From: the human T2T-CHM13v2.0 reference genome, Homo sapiens
DNA: 64,000 nucleotides
Direction: 5' to 3' (one strand)
Assembly: GCF_009914755.1 (NCBI RefSeq)
Contig: NC_060947.1
Part shown: piece after piece, positions 31,221 to 56,552 of the stretch
Position numbering within the stretch: the stretch's first letter is position 1
How the letters are laid out: each line of letters starts with the position of its first letter
Notes under the pieces: model-generated
What the model saw: only the letters and a program-made list of their open reading frames with translations
What the model was told of the DNA's origin: nothing
Database searches by the model: none
Made by a program: the position numbers and the translations under genes

Positions 31221-32132
31221 TCAGGAGTTCGAGACCAGCCTGGCCAACATAGTGAAACCCCGTCTCTACTAAAAATACAAAAAATTAGCCGGGCGTGGTG
31301 GCGGGCACCTGTAGTCCCAGCTACTCGGGAGGCTGAGGCAAGAGAATGGCTAAACCCGGGAGGCGGAGGTTGCAGTGAGCTGAGATCGCACCACTGCACT
31401 CCAGCCTGGGCGACAGAGTGAGACTCTGTCTCAAAAAATAAAAATAAACATAAATTAATTAAAAAAAATTAAAAAAACACAAAAGTAAGAGACAGGTGAA
31501 TTAACCAGGAGGCCGGCTCGTCTTGCGGTCTGGGAAGGGCGTAACTTCAGAGGATCCCGGGCTTTGGAAAATTTGCCAAAATGAGACATTTCGGCTCCAT
31601 TTAGCTGCGGTTTCTCTCCACTCCCACTTCCCCTCTGCCTAAGTTCCCCGTATGCCGGGCGGCCCCGGGGCAGAGGTGGGGTTCTGGGGAGCTGAGACAG
31701 GGAAGTTGACCTGCAGTTGATTTGCATGTGGTCTTTGAGGGATCTGCCCGTGGGTTCCAACGTCACGGCCAGGCCTGGCTCACTGCGGTCTGGCCTCCCA
31801 TGATGATAGCAGTATCTTCTAGGAATATTCCCACCCACCCACGGCGCTGACGCACGGATACGACAGGGAAGCCTCCAGACCCGTCCTCTGGTGCTGGGTG
31901 TTGTCAAGAAAAAAAAGAGCCAAACTCTGGCCAGGCGCGGTGACTCACACCTGTGATCCCAGCACTTTGGGAGGCCGAGGCGGGTGGATCACCTAAGGTC
32001 AGGAGTTTGAGACCAGCCTGACCAACATGGCAAAAACCTGTGTCTATTAAAAATACAAAAATTAGGCCGGGCACAGTGGCTCACACCTGTAATCCCAGCA
32101 CTCTAGGAGGCTGAGGCGGGTGGATCACCTCA

Positions 32133-33724
<1,592 letters not shown>

Positions 33725-33744
33725 TCAAAATAAATAATAAATTA

Positions 33745-34161
<417 letters not shown>

Positions 34162-34196
34162 TCACTTGAGATCGGAGTTCGAGACCAGCCTGACTA

Positions 34197-34382
<186 letters not shown>

Positions 34383-34495
34383 TCAAAACAATACAAAAAA
34401 TAAAAATAAGTAAAATAAAAAGGGCCAGGCGCGGCGGCTCACGCCTGTAATCCCAGCAGTTTGGGAGGCCGAGGCAGGTGAATCACTTGAGGTCA

Positions 34496-34759
<264 letters not shown>

Positions 34760-35197
34760 TCATCCCACCTGTGGCTTCCCACTCAGTGCTTGCTTTCGGG
34801 GTGTGAGAATATGCCCTGAGGCCTAGGGCCGAACCCCACAGGAGGAAAGAGCAGGGGGGCTGGCTGGCAAAGGTACTGGGAGGCTCCCCAACCCAGGAAG
34901 GTCCCCCCACCCTCCCCGCCCAGGAAGGACCCAGCATGTGGGAGTTACACCCCGGTTTGCGGGTCTCCCAGCCCAGGATGTTTTGTCAAAACTTAGCAAA
35001 CCAGAGAGCGTCCTGGCCTTCTTGAAGGCATCTGATTTCTCTTTTCTTGTGAAGATTTTTCAAGCCAAGTGCTGGAGGTGGGAAGGGGGTTTCCAAGGCA
35101 CCAACATACAAGATAACTCCAGGAAATAAGGACGCTGAGAGTTTTCAGGCAGAGCCGGTTCTGCAAACACCAGGAAATAGAAACAACAAGCAACTCA

Positions 35198-35494
<297 letters not shown>

Positions 35495-36017
35495 CTACCT
35501 AGATTTTCACAGCTGGTTCAAATACCGCCGGGGGTATCCAGTCAGGAAGGGGTACTGTCTGAGGGGGCCAGGGGATACCTGTGCAAGTTGTCAGTTCAGA
35601 ATGAATTTCTGAAACCCTCACGTGGTAACAAGCTCCCAGCCTCTTTCTAATGGGCTTTGGCTAAAGGTCCAGCACGTAAAACACAAAGGCTCTCCTGGGC
35701 TTGGCTCAACAGGGAGGTAGTTCCCAGAAAGAGACCTTCCTAGCTGGGCGCGGTAGCTCACGCCTGTAATCCCAGCACTTTGGGAGGCTGAGGCAGGCGG
35801 ATCACGTGGTCAGGAGTTCGAGACCAGCCTGGCCAACTTGGTGAAACCCCGTCTCTACCGAAAACACAAAAAATTAGCCAGGCGTGGTGGCGGGTGCCTG
35901 TAATCCCAGCTACCCAGGAGGCTGATGCAGGAGAATGGCGTGAACCCGGGAGGCGGAGGTTGCAGTGAGCCGAGATTGTGCCATTGCAGTACAGCCTGAG
36001 TGAGAGAGCAAGGCTCC

Positions 36018-36465
36018 AAAGAAAAGAAGGAGGAAGAGAAAGAAAGACAGAAAGAGAGAAAGAAAGAAAGAGAAAGAGAGAAAGAAATGAAGGAAAGAAG
36101 GAGAAAGAAACAGAGAAAAAAGAATGAAAGAAAGAAAAGAAAGGAAGGAAGCAGGGAGGGAGGGAAAGAGAGGAAGGAAGGAATGTGAAGGGAAGGAAGA
36201 AGGAAGGAAAGAAAGAGAAAGAAAGAAAAGGGAGGAAGGAAGGAAAGGGAAGGGAAGGAAGGAGAAGGAAGGAAAGAAAGAAAGAGAAAGAAAGAGAAAG
36301 GAAAGAAGAAGAAAGGAAGGAAGGAGAAAGAAAAAGAGAAAGGAAGGAAGGAGGGAGGGAAAGAGAGGGAGGCGAGGGGAGGGGAGGGGAGGGGAGGGAA
36401 GGGAAGGGAAGGGAAGGGAAGGGAAGGGAAGGGAAGGGAAGGGAAGGGAAGGGAAGGGAAGGGAG
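36018..36465. repeat. Polypurine (GAAA/GGAA/GGGAA)n tract at an Alu tail
   Basis: Near-pure A/G, ending in (GGGAA)n. Confidence 0.9.
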
Positions 36466-36812
36466 AGCCCCAGACATCCCAGGTATCCTCATCCTAAATT
36501 CCTTCCACAGCTCACTGCGTCCCAGGTGTGGGATTAACACAAGCCTCTGGTCACCTTTGAGGCTGGCGAGACAGCTTGACTCCAGCCCCGGGGGACACTG
36601 GGTCTCCAAGTGCTGCGGGATACAGAGAGGCTTTTCCAGCCCCTCCTGCGGCCCTTTCATCGCCGACAGCTGCTGGGGGGGGCTGAGCCAGCCAAAGCTG
36701 AATTTGCAGAGGATGCTTCTGACCCCTAGTGTCCAAAACTTCCAAATTAAAGGCGTGTCCCTGAGCAAGGGCTGGGTGGGCTCAGGGGGCCTGGGGGCCT
36801 GCAGTTTAATGA

Positions 36813-37550
<738 letters not shown>

Positions 37551-37639
37551 TGAAAGCTCCAGGGCTGCCTTTCCGTGGCCGACGACGAGCAGAAGAAGCA
37601 GAAGATGGGAGATGCAGCAGGATAATTTGTTAAGGGGTG

Positions 37640-38690
<1,051 letters not shown>

Positions 38691-38752
38691 ACCCTACAAA
38701 TGAGGACTCCAAGCCTCATTCTCCCGGCACCGCACGCCTGCAAACATAGGCA

Positions 38753-38771
38753 TGGCCAGCAGGTGGCAGTC
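38753..38771 (+). promoter_or_regulatory. Strong CTCF motif
   Basis: TGGCCAGCAGGTGGCAGTC closely fits the CTCF core CCASYAGRKGGCRS. Confidence 0.6.
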
Positions 38772-39348
38772 GAGTCCCCAAAAAGAAATTGCGTGGCTTA
38801 AGGTTCCGGGATTTGAATAAATACGGTAATAAAAATCCGGCGGGCGGATCACGAGGTCAGGAGTTCGAGACCAGCCTGGTCAACATAGTGAAACCCTGTC
38901 TCTACTAAAAATACAAAAAATTAGCCGGGGGTGGTGGCAGGCGCCTGTAGTCACTGCTACCGGGAGGCTGAGGCAGGAGAATGGCATGACCAGGGAGGCG
39001 GAGCTTACAGTGCTCTAAAAAAAAAAAAAAAAATCAGGCGGGCGGATCACAAGCTCAGGAGTTCGAGACCAGCCTGACCAACATGGTGAAACCCCGTCTG
39101 TACTAAAAATACAAAAAATTAGCCGGGGGTGGTGGCGGGTGCCTGTAATCCCAGCTACTCGGGAGGCTGAGGCAGGAGAATCGATTGAACTCAGGAAGCA
39201 GAGGATGCAGCGAGCCAAGATCGCGCCACTGCACTCCAGCCTGAGCAACAAAGCGAGACTCCATCAAAAAAAAAAAAAAAAACCCACAGTGTAAGGGGTC
39301 CCAATGCAGACCTCAACAGAGGGTTCTTGGATGTCGTGCAAGAAATTA

Positions 39349-40362
<1,014 letters not shown>

Positions 40363-40828
40363 CGGAAAACCCCGGACTTTTCTTGTGGAGGTGGAGGGGA
40401 GGGATTCCAGGGTTAGTCACAGCTGTCACTTTTCTGCTTCTTGTTTCTGGCAGGGTTCACTGTCCTGGGTGCTTGATTCGTTACTAGCGATCCGGAGAAG
40501 AAAGGGTTAAAGGAATCCCTCCCCCACCCCTGGAATCCCTCCCCCACCCCTGGAATTCCAAAGGCGCAGCCAGGCTCGGATTTCCACGCGGGCGGTACTG
40601 AATTAACGGCTGGGCCCCGGCGCCTTTCTTTTAACTAATTACATCTGCAAGGGCCTTAATTCCAAACGAGGCGTCATTCCCGGAGACCAGAGGCGTTTGG
40701 AACTCAACGTATATACTTTGGGGCCGCGATCGAGGCGCGTCTCCCGTCTTCTGCCTCTGCGTGTCCTCAGCTGCAGAAAGGCCGCCCCTGAGCCTTCGGG
40801 TTTTCCTGGGGGGAGAGCTCATGAGGAA

Positions 40829-40944
40829 CCCGTGTATGCCTAGCGTTCCATTATTGGAACGCTAAGCTTGTCTGAAGGCTGAAGGTCATCGCCAAGATCT
40901 GGTTTTTTACACCAAAAAAACTTGCAACCTCCGGCATAAATGGG
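40829..40944 (-). mobile_element. MER85 (piggyBac/PGBD3-derived MITE)
   Basis: TIRs CCCGTGTATGCC...GGCATAAATGGG(C)TTAA, internal palindrome GTTCCATTATTGGAAC, and AAGGTCATCGCCAAG / TTGCAACCTC.GGCATAAATGGG match recalled MER85. Confidence 0.85.
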
Positions 40945-41805
40945 CTTAAAGTGTCCGTGAGAGCTCATTAAACGACAGGCTCCGGGTCCCTGACCGCCCC
41001 CCCCCCCAAGCCCTTGCTCTGGGACGTGCCTTGGACACGTCTGCAGATTCAGCCCTGGCCGGTTCAGTCCCCAGCGGCTGTCAGCAATGAAAGGGGTCCC
41101 AGAAAGGACTGGAAAAAGCAGATCACAACGGGAATCCCGAGGCAAGAATGCAGGAGCCAGGCTATCTGGCAAGCCTCAAATATAGCCAGCAGGTTGTGTT
41201 GATCCCGCATCACGGACGCTGTGAGCTGTGGAAGGAGCTTGGGATGAGGATTGCTGGGGATGCCTGCAGCTGTTTCTGCTGGAGCTGCCTCTGGGGCAGG
41301 AAGTGTCACGTTGCACCCCAGGAAGGTCTCTGTCCAGCGCAGACCACGTGGCCCTTCCTGGTGCTACTCAAGCCCTGGAGAGAGCCTCTAGGCTATTTGA
41401 GGTTCCTGGACTCCAGCTTTAGCCAGAGCCAGCTAGGAGGAGGCTGGGAGCTTGTTAAAGCCTGAAGGTAAGCCGGGTCAGGAAGTTGAGATTTGGAAAC
41501 AGGCCTGATAGTCTGTGCTTCCTCTTCGGGAAAAAGAGATGTTACAACGCGCTGGGCTCCACCCTCCCCCGAGAGCTTGCAGATTTCCGGCTTCTGAGGA
41601 GCTGCCCTACCACAGCTCCTTCTGTTGCTAGATAAGGGGTTGGGGTCACACCCTCCTCCCTTCTGTGGCTGGAGGGATGGTCTGTGGACAGAAGAATGTG
41701 TGGCCACAGGGAAAGTGAGCCAGTATCAGCAGAAAAACAAACTGAGGCTGGCACGGTGGCTCACGCCTGTCATCCCAGCACTTTAAGGCTGAGGTGGGCT
41801 GATCA

Positions 41806-43704
<1,899 letters not shown>

Positions 43705-44368
43705 CAGACACATAGATAGATGCCGGGTGTGGTGGATCACGCCTGTAGTCCCAGCATTTTGGGAGGCCGAGGCGGGTGGATCACGAGGTCAGGAGTTCGA
43801 GACCATCCTGGCCAACATGGTGAAACCCCATCTCTACTAAAAATACAAAAATTGGCCAGGCATGGTGATGCACGCCAGTAATCCCAGCTACTCAGGAGGC
43901 TGAGGCAGGAGAATGGCGTGAACCCGGGAGGCAGAGATTGCAGTGAGCAGAGGTCGCGCCACCTGCACTCAGGCCTGGTGACAGAGGAAGACTCCCTCTC
44001 AAAATAATAATGATAAACAAAGTGCTGGGATTACAGGCTTGAGCCACCACTCCCGGCCTGGGGCTGTAGTTTTCCATCTCTTTGTTCCAAAGGCCGGAGT
44101 CACCAGCTTATCTTAATTTGCCTTGTGGTCTACCTGCCAACCTTCCCACCACCCCACACAGGAAAACTCATTGAGTCTGCTTCAGCAGACAACACCCTGA
44201 GACTTTTCCCACTGGTGCCTTTACTTATTACAACGCCGAGCTGCTTCAGAGGCAGAACAGGCTTATCTGAGTCCTCAGACTTCTCTCCTTCCCAACAGCA
44301 TCAACATTTTCCAGGAAAATCACGACTTGTGAATTTATTATTTTTATTTTATTTTATTTATTTTTTGA

Positions 44369-44736
<368 letters not shown>

Positions 44737-44900
44737 TAAAGTCTGTCTCTGAGCTTTACCTCATACCACCCCCCCTCCTGGTACCCATCCCTGCCCCTGA
44801 GAAAAGGGAGGTGAAGGAGACCAGGAACCACAGTTTTCAGCTAAGAGGAAACTCAGGTCAGAAAGTCCCTGCCTGGCCCACATCCCTCATTCTAAAGAGA

Positions 44901-46470
44901 GAACTGGGGCTTCCCAGCAAGGAACAAGGAGATGGCACAGACAAGGCTATGTCTGTTCAAACAGTGACATTCTCTGGGCCATGTGTCCATCAAGCAAAAG
45001 ATATCACCATCCCCAGGTTCACAGACCAGGACAGGCACCTACAGGAAGCCGCTTACAGGTGCTGGGATGTATCTCAGAGCTCGGTCCTTTGAACACATCC
45101 CTCCGGGCCACGTTCTGGCGTTAGTACTGGAGGTTAAAGATTCACGGGACCATTGTTTCTGGAAAGGCAGGGAAGTATAAATAAACAAATGCTCAATGTC
45201 ATCTGAAGGTGACCATTGTTTCTGGAAAGGCAGGGAAGTATAAATAAACAAATGCTCAATGTCATCTGAAGGTGACGTAGGAGGGAAGCGGAGAACTGAG
45301 AACTGGAGGCGGAGGGTTTCCAGTCATGGCAGAAGGCAAAGAACTGGGGCTTCCCAGCAAGGAACAAGCAGATGGCACAGACAAGGCCATGTCTGTAAAA
45401 GCAGTGACATTCTCTGGGCCATGTGTCCATCAAGCAAAAGATATCACCATCCCCATGTTCACAGACCAGGACAGGCACCTACAGGAAGCCGCTTACAGGT
45501 GCTGGGATGAATCTCAGAGCTTGGTCCTTTGAACACATTCCTCCAGGCCACGTTCTGGCCTTAGTACTGGAGGTTAAAGATTCACGGGACCATTGTTTCT
45601 GGAAAGGCAGGGAAGTATAAATAAACAAATGCTCAATAACATCTGAAGGTGACGTATGAGGGAAGCAGAGAACGGAGAACTGGAGGCGGAGGGTTTCCAG
45701 TCATGGCAGAAGGCAAAGAACGGGGGCTTCCCAGCAAGGAACAAGCAGATGGCACAGACAAGGCCATGTCTGTAAAAGCAGTGACATTCTCTGGGCCATG
45801 TGTCCATCAAGCAAAAGATATCACCATCCCCATGTTCACAGACCAGGACAGGCACCTACAGGAAGCCGCTTACAGATGCTGGGATGAATCTCAGAGCTCG
45901 GTCCTTTGAACACATCCCTCCAGGCCACGTTCTGGCCTTAGTACTGGAGGTTAAAGATTCACGGGACCATTGTTTCTGGAAAGGCAGGGAAGTATAAATA
46001 AACAAATGCTCAATATCATCTGAAGGTGACGTATGAGGGAAGCAGAGAACGGAGAACTGGAGGCGGAGGGTTTCCAGTCATGGCAGAAGGCAAAGAACTG
46101 GGGCTTCCCAGCAAGGAACAAGCAGATGGCACAGACAAGGCTATGTCTGTAAAAGCAGTGACATTCTCTGGGCCATGTGTCCATCAAGCAAAAGATATCA
46201 CCATCCCCAGGTTCACAGACCAGGACAGGCACCTACAGGAAGCCGCTTACAGGTGCTGGGATGAATCTCAGAGCTCAGTCCTTTGAACACATTCCTCAGG
46301 GCCACGTTCTGGCCTTAGTACTGGAGGTTAAAGATTCACAGGACCATTGTTTCTGGAAAGGCAGGGAAGTATAAATAAACAAATGCTCAATGTCATCTGA
46401 AGGTGACATACGAGGAAAGCGGAGAACTGAGAACTGGAGGCGGAGGGTTTCCAGTCATGGTGCAAGGCAA
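44901..46470. repeat. 377-bp tandem repeat x4 (first unit 440 bp owing to an internal 63-bp duplication)
   Basis: GAACTGGGGCTTCCCAGCAAGGAACAAG starts at 44901, 45341, 45718 and 46095. The unit ends in an MST-LTR-like segment (CCAGTCATGGCAGAAGGCAAAG). Confidence 0.95.
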
Positions 46471-46478
46471 AGGGGTAG

Positions 46479-47913
<1,435 letters not shown>

Positions 47914-48189
47914 TAGTACAGATAGGGTTTCATCACTATACCCAGGGTGGTGTCCAACTCCTGAGCTCAGGCAATCCGCCCGCCTCGGCCTCCCAAAAGT
48001 GCTGGGATGACAGACGGGAGCCACACCAGGCTGGGCTGCTTCTGTACATTTTAGGTAGACGTGAGACATGAATCAAACATATTTAAGACACACATTGGTT
48101 CAGTCCGGAAAAATGGGGAAGCTCACAGCAAACGCTCCCAGGTAATAGGTAGATTTAAACATTTTGTGATTGGTAATTGTTTGAAATAA

Positions 48190-48849
<660 letters not shown>

Positions 48850-51415
48850 TAGTAGAGACGGGGTTTCTCCATGTTGGTCAGGCTGGTCTCGAACTCCCAA
48901 CCTCAGGTGATTCACCCTCCTCGGCCTCCCAAAGTGCTGGGATGACAGGCGTTAGCCATTGTGCCTGGCCGAGAATTATTATCAATAGAAAAGAATGTCT
49001 GGGTTATAATGGTATAGGGTTTGGGGACCAAGGTTTTATCAAGCAGATGACGCCTCCAGGGAGCAGGCTTCAGAGAGACTAGATTGTAAATGTTTCTCCT
49101 TTTGTTTTTGTTTTTGTTTTTTTTTTTTGAGACAGAGTGTTGCTCTATCGCCCAGGCTGGAGTGAAGTAGCATGATCTCGGCTCACTGCAACCTCCGCTT
49201 CCCGGGTTCAAGTGATTCTTCTGCCTCAGCCTCCCAAGTAGCTGGGATTACAGGTGCCACCGTGCCTGGCTAATTTCTGTATTTTTTGTATTTTTTGTAG
49301 CCACCGGACCCAGCCAATTGTAAATATTTCTTTTTCAGACTTAAGATCTGTGTTAGGCCGGGCGCGGTGGCTGAAGCCTGTAATCCCAGCACTTTGGGAG
49401 GCCGAGGAGGGCGGATCTCCTGAGGTCAGGAGTTCAAGACCAGCCTGGCCAACATGGGAGGTTGAGGCAGGAGAATGGCGTGAACCCGGAAGGCGGAGCT
49501 TGCAGTGAGCCGAGATCGTGCCACTGCACTCCAGCCTGGGCCACAGAGCGAGACTCCGTCTAAAATAAATAAATAAATAAAAATAGGACTCTGATTTTCC
49601 CTCCCCTTTTCTGTGTAAAAACTGGCCATAAGGAAATTCCATGACCTCCCTTGTTTGTCTGAAGATCCTAAGATTTCCATTCCAGAGAGGAACAGGAATT
49701 CCGTTCTTTTCTTCTGCCCCACACCCAGAAGAAAAGGAGCTCTGCTGAGAGACACCAAGAAGAATCTAGAAAGACAGGCCTGGCTGGATTTCCTCACTCA
49801 TTCATTAGCCTTAGATCAGGCCTTTTTCCACCAATTCTGCTTCTACACAGGTGTCCAGACTGTGTTAAACCTAAGCTTAAAAATGAACAGTTTCACGCCT
49901 GTCACGGTGGCTCACGCCTGTCATCCCAGCACTTTGGGAGGCCGAGGCGGGTGGATCACGAGGTCAAGAGATCGAGACCATCCTGGCCAACATGGTGAAA
50001 CCCCGTCTCTACTAAAACTACATAAATTAGCCAGGCGTGGTGGTGTGTGCCTGTCATCCCAGCTGCACTCAGGAGGCTGAGGCAGGAGAATCGCTTGAAC
50101 CTGGGAGGTGGAGGTTGCGGTGAGCTGAGATCAAACCACTGCCCTCCGACCTGGGTGACAGAGTGAGACTCAGTCTCAAAAAAAAGAATCTGCCAAGATC
50201 ATGTATCACTCTGTGGTTTTTCTGCAGACAGATCATTTGGGCCCAGGAGTTCGAGACCAGTCTGGGCAACATAGTGAGACTTTGTGTGTACAGATAAGTT
50301 TTTTTATAAAATTGCCCGGGCACGGTGATCCCAGCCTGTCATCCCAGCACTTTGCGAGGCCAAGACAGGCGGATCACGTGACGTAGGAGTTCGATACCAG
50401 CCTGGCCAACGGGGTGCAACCCCGTCTCTACTAAAAATACAAAAAATTAGCCGGGCGTGTTGGCGGGCGCCTGTAGTCCCAGCTACTTGGAGGCTGAGGC
50501 AGCAGAATGGCGTGAACCCAGGAGGCAGAGCTTGCAGTGAGCCAAGATCGTGCCACTGCACTCCAGCCTGGGAGACAGCGAGACTCTGTCTCAAAAAAAA
50601 AAAAAAAAAAATTGCCTGGATACCATGATCCCAGCCTGTCATCCCAGCACTTTGCGAGGCCAAGAGAGGCAGATCACATGAGGTAGGAGTTCAAGACCAG
50701 CCTGGCCAACAGGGTGCAACCCCGTCTCTACTAAAAATACAAAAATTAGCTGGGCATGTCGCTGCATGCCTGTAATCCCAGCTACTCAGGAGGCTGAGGT
50801 ATGAGAATCACTTGAACCCGGAGGCAGAGATTGCAATGTGTTGAGATCACACCACTGTACTCCATCCTGGGGGACAGAGTGAGACCCTGTCTCAAAAAAA
50901 AAAAAAAAAAAACAAGAGAAAAGAAGAGAAAAAACAGAGGTTTATAGCATCTCCACAGGCTCCTGTTATCACTAATGTAAACCACAAATAAAATTTGAAT
51001 GCTTGCTCAACTATCTGAATGGATCCCTTCCCTCAACTAAGGACATTTGAAAGTTAAGGCCGGGCGCGGTGGCTCACGCCTGTAATCCCAGCACTTTGGG
51101 AGGCCGAGGCGGGGGGATCATGAGGTCAGGAGTTCCAGACCAGCCTGGCCAATATAGTCAAACCCCGTCACTACTAAAAATACAAAAAATTAGGTTGGCG
51201 TGGGGGCAGGTGCCTGTAATCACGGCTACTCAAGAGGCTGAGGCAGGAGAATGGAGTGAACCCAGGAGGCAGAGCTTGCAGTGAGCCAAGATTGCGCCAC
51301 TGCCCTCCAGCCTGGGTGACAGAGTGAGACTCTGTCTCAAAAAAAAAAAAAAAAAAGTTAACCTGAAAGTCCACTTCAGGCCGTCATGGAAAGTGGGGCC
51401 GGACATGCCTCATTA

Positions 51416-52006
<591 letters not shown>

Positions 52007-52038
52007 TTAGGATAAACTGCCAGACAAGGGAGATTTGA

Positions 52039-52624
<586 letters not shown>

Positions 52625-52667
52625 TGAGTTTCTAGGAGTACAGGTGCCTGCCCCCACGCCCGGCTAA

Positions 52668-52892
<225 letters not shown>

Positions 52893-53318
52893 TAGTGGCA
52901 CGATCTCAGCTCACTGCAACCTCCACTTCCGGGTTCAAGCGATTCCCCTGCCTCAGCCTCGCGAGTAGCTGGGATTACAGGCGCCCACCACCACACCCAG
53001 CTGATTTTTGTATTTTTAGTAGAGACGGGGTTTCTCCCTGTGGGTCAGGCTGGTCTCGAACTCCTGACCTCAGGTGATCCGCTCCCCTCGGCCTCCCAAA
53101 GTGCTGGGATGACAGGGTAAGCCATTGCACCCGGCCTTTTTTTGATATTTTTAGTAGAGATGGTGTTTCCCCATGTTGGCCAGGCTGGTCTCGAGCTCCT
53201 GACCTCAACTGATCCACCTGTCTCGGCCTCCCAAAGTGCTGGGATTACAGGCGTCAGTCAATGAGCCCGGTCAGCAAGAGATTGTTTTTGTTTTGTTTTG
53301 TTTTGTTTTATGTTTTGA

Positions 53319-53483
<165 letters not shown>

Positions 53484-53745
53484 TAGTAAGAGATGGTGTT
53501 TCACCATGTTGGCCAGGCTGGTCTTGAACTCCTGACCTCGTGATCTGCCCACCTCAACCTCCCAAAGTGCTGGGATTACAGGCGTGAGCCAGCGAGCCTG
53601 GACCAGAAGCTTGAGCTTTTTGTCATGGAGAATTTCCAGTTGGGAAGGAGTTATCTGGACAGGATCATTCTGATCACGGTGCCCCAGGGAGACCCCTGTG
53701 AGGGGCGCTTTCTGTCATGTAGAGAACAAAGAACAGCCTGAATGA

Positions 53746-54380
<635 letters not shown>

Positions 54381-54521
54381 TAGCCCCTTCCACGAAAGCT
54401 GATGTCCCTTGTGAAAGAAAAATAAATCGCCAGGCGCGGTGGCTCACGCCTGTCATCCCAGCACTTTGGGAGGCCGAGGCGGGCGGATCACGAGGTCAGG
54501 AGATCGAGACCATCCTGGCTA

Positions 54522-54746
<225 letters not shown>

Positions 54747-54934
54747 TCATTCTATTCAAAGTGACCGTCTGTGCTCACTGAGATAGATGCATATCTCATT
54801 GCCTCCTTTAGAGAGGCTAACCAGAAACTCAAAAGAATGCAGCCATTTGGGAGGCAGACAGGGGCAGATCACCTGAGGTCAGAGGTGTGAGCCACTGCCC
54901 CTGGCCCATCTTGCTTATGTTGATTGATTTCTTA

Positions 54935-55336
<402 letters not shown>

Positions 55337-55444
55337 CTAAATAACTTCCTAAACTGACTGAGACCTGTCTCAGTTATTCGAGGTTCATGCTGGATACACG
55401 CTGGTTGGGTGAGACATCATTGTCCCGTGACAAGCTCATGCTAA

Positions 55445-56160
<716 letters not shown>

Positions 56161-56336
56161 GGCCGGGGTGCAGTGGCTCACACCTGTAATCCTAGCACTT
56201 TGGGAGGCCGAGGCAGGCGGATCACAAGGTCAGGAGATAGAGACCAGCCTGGCCAACATGGTGAAACCCCGTCTCTACTAAAAATACAAAAACTTAGCCA
56301 GGTGTGGTGGCGGGTGCCTGTAATCCCAGCTACTCA

Positions 56337-56465
<129 letters not shown>

Positions 56466-56552
56466 TTAAGGTGCTTTGTGAGGGTCGGATGAATACAATT
56501 GAATGGATCTGGCCCTAAGCTGGGAGTGAGCCGTGAGATACGAGCCATTATA

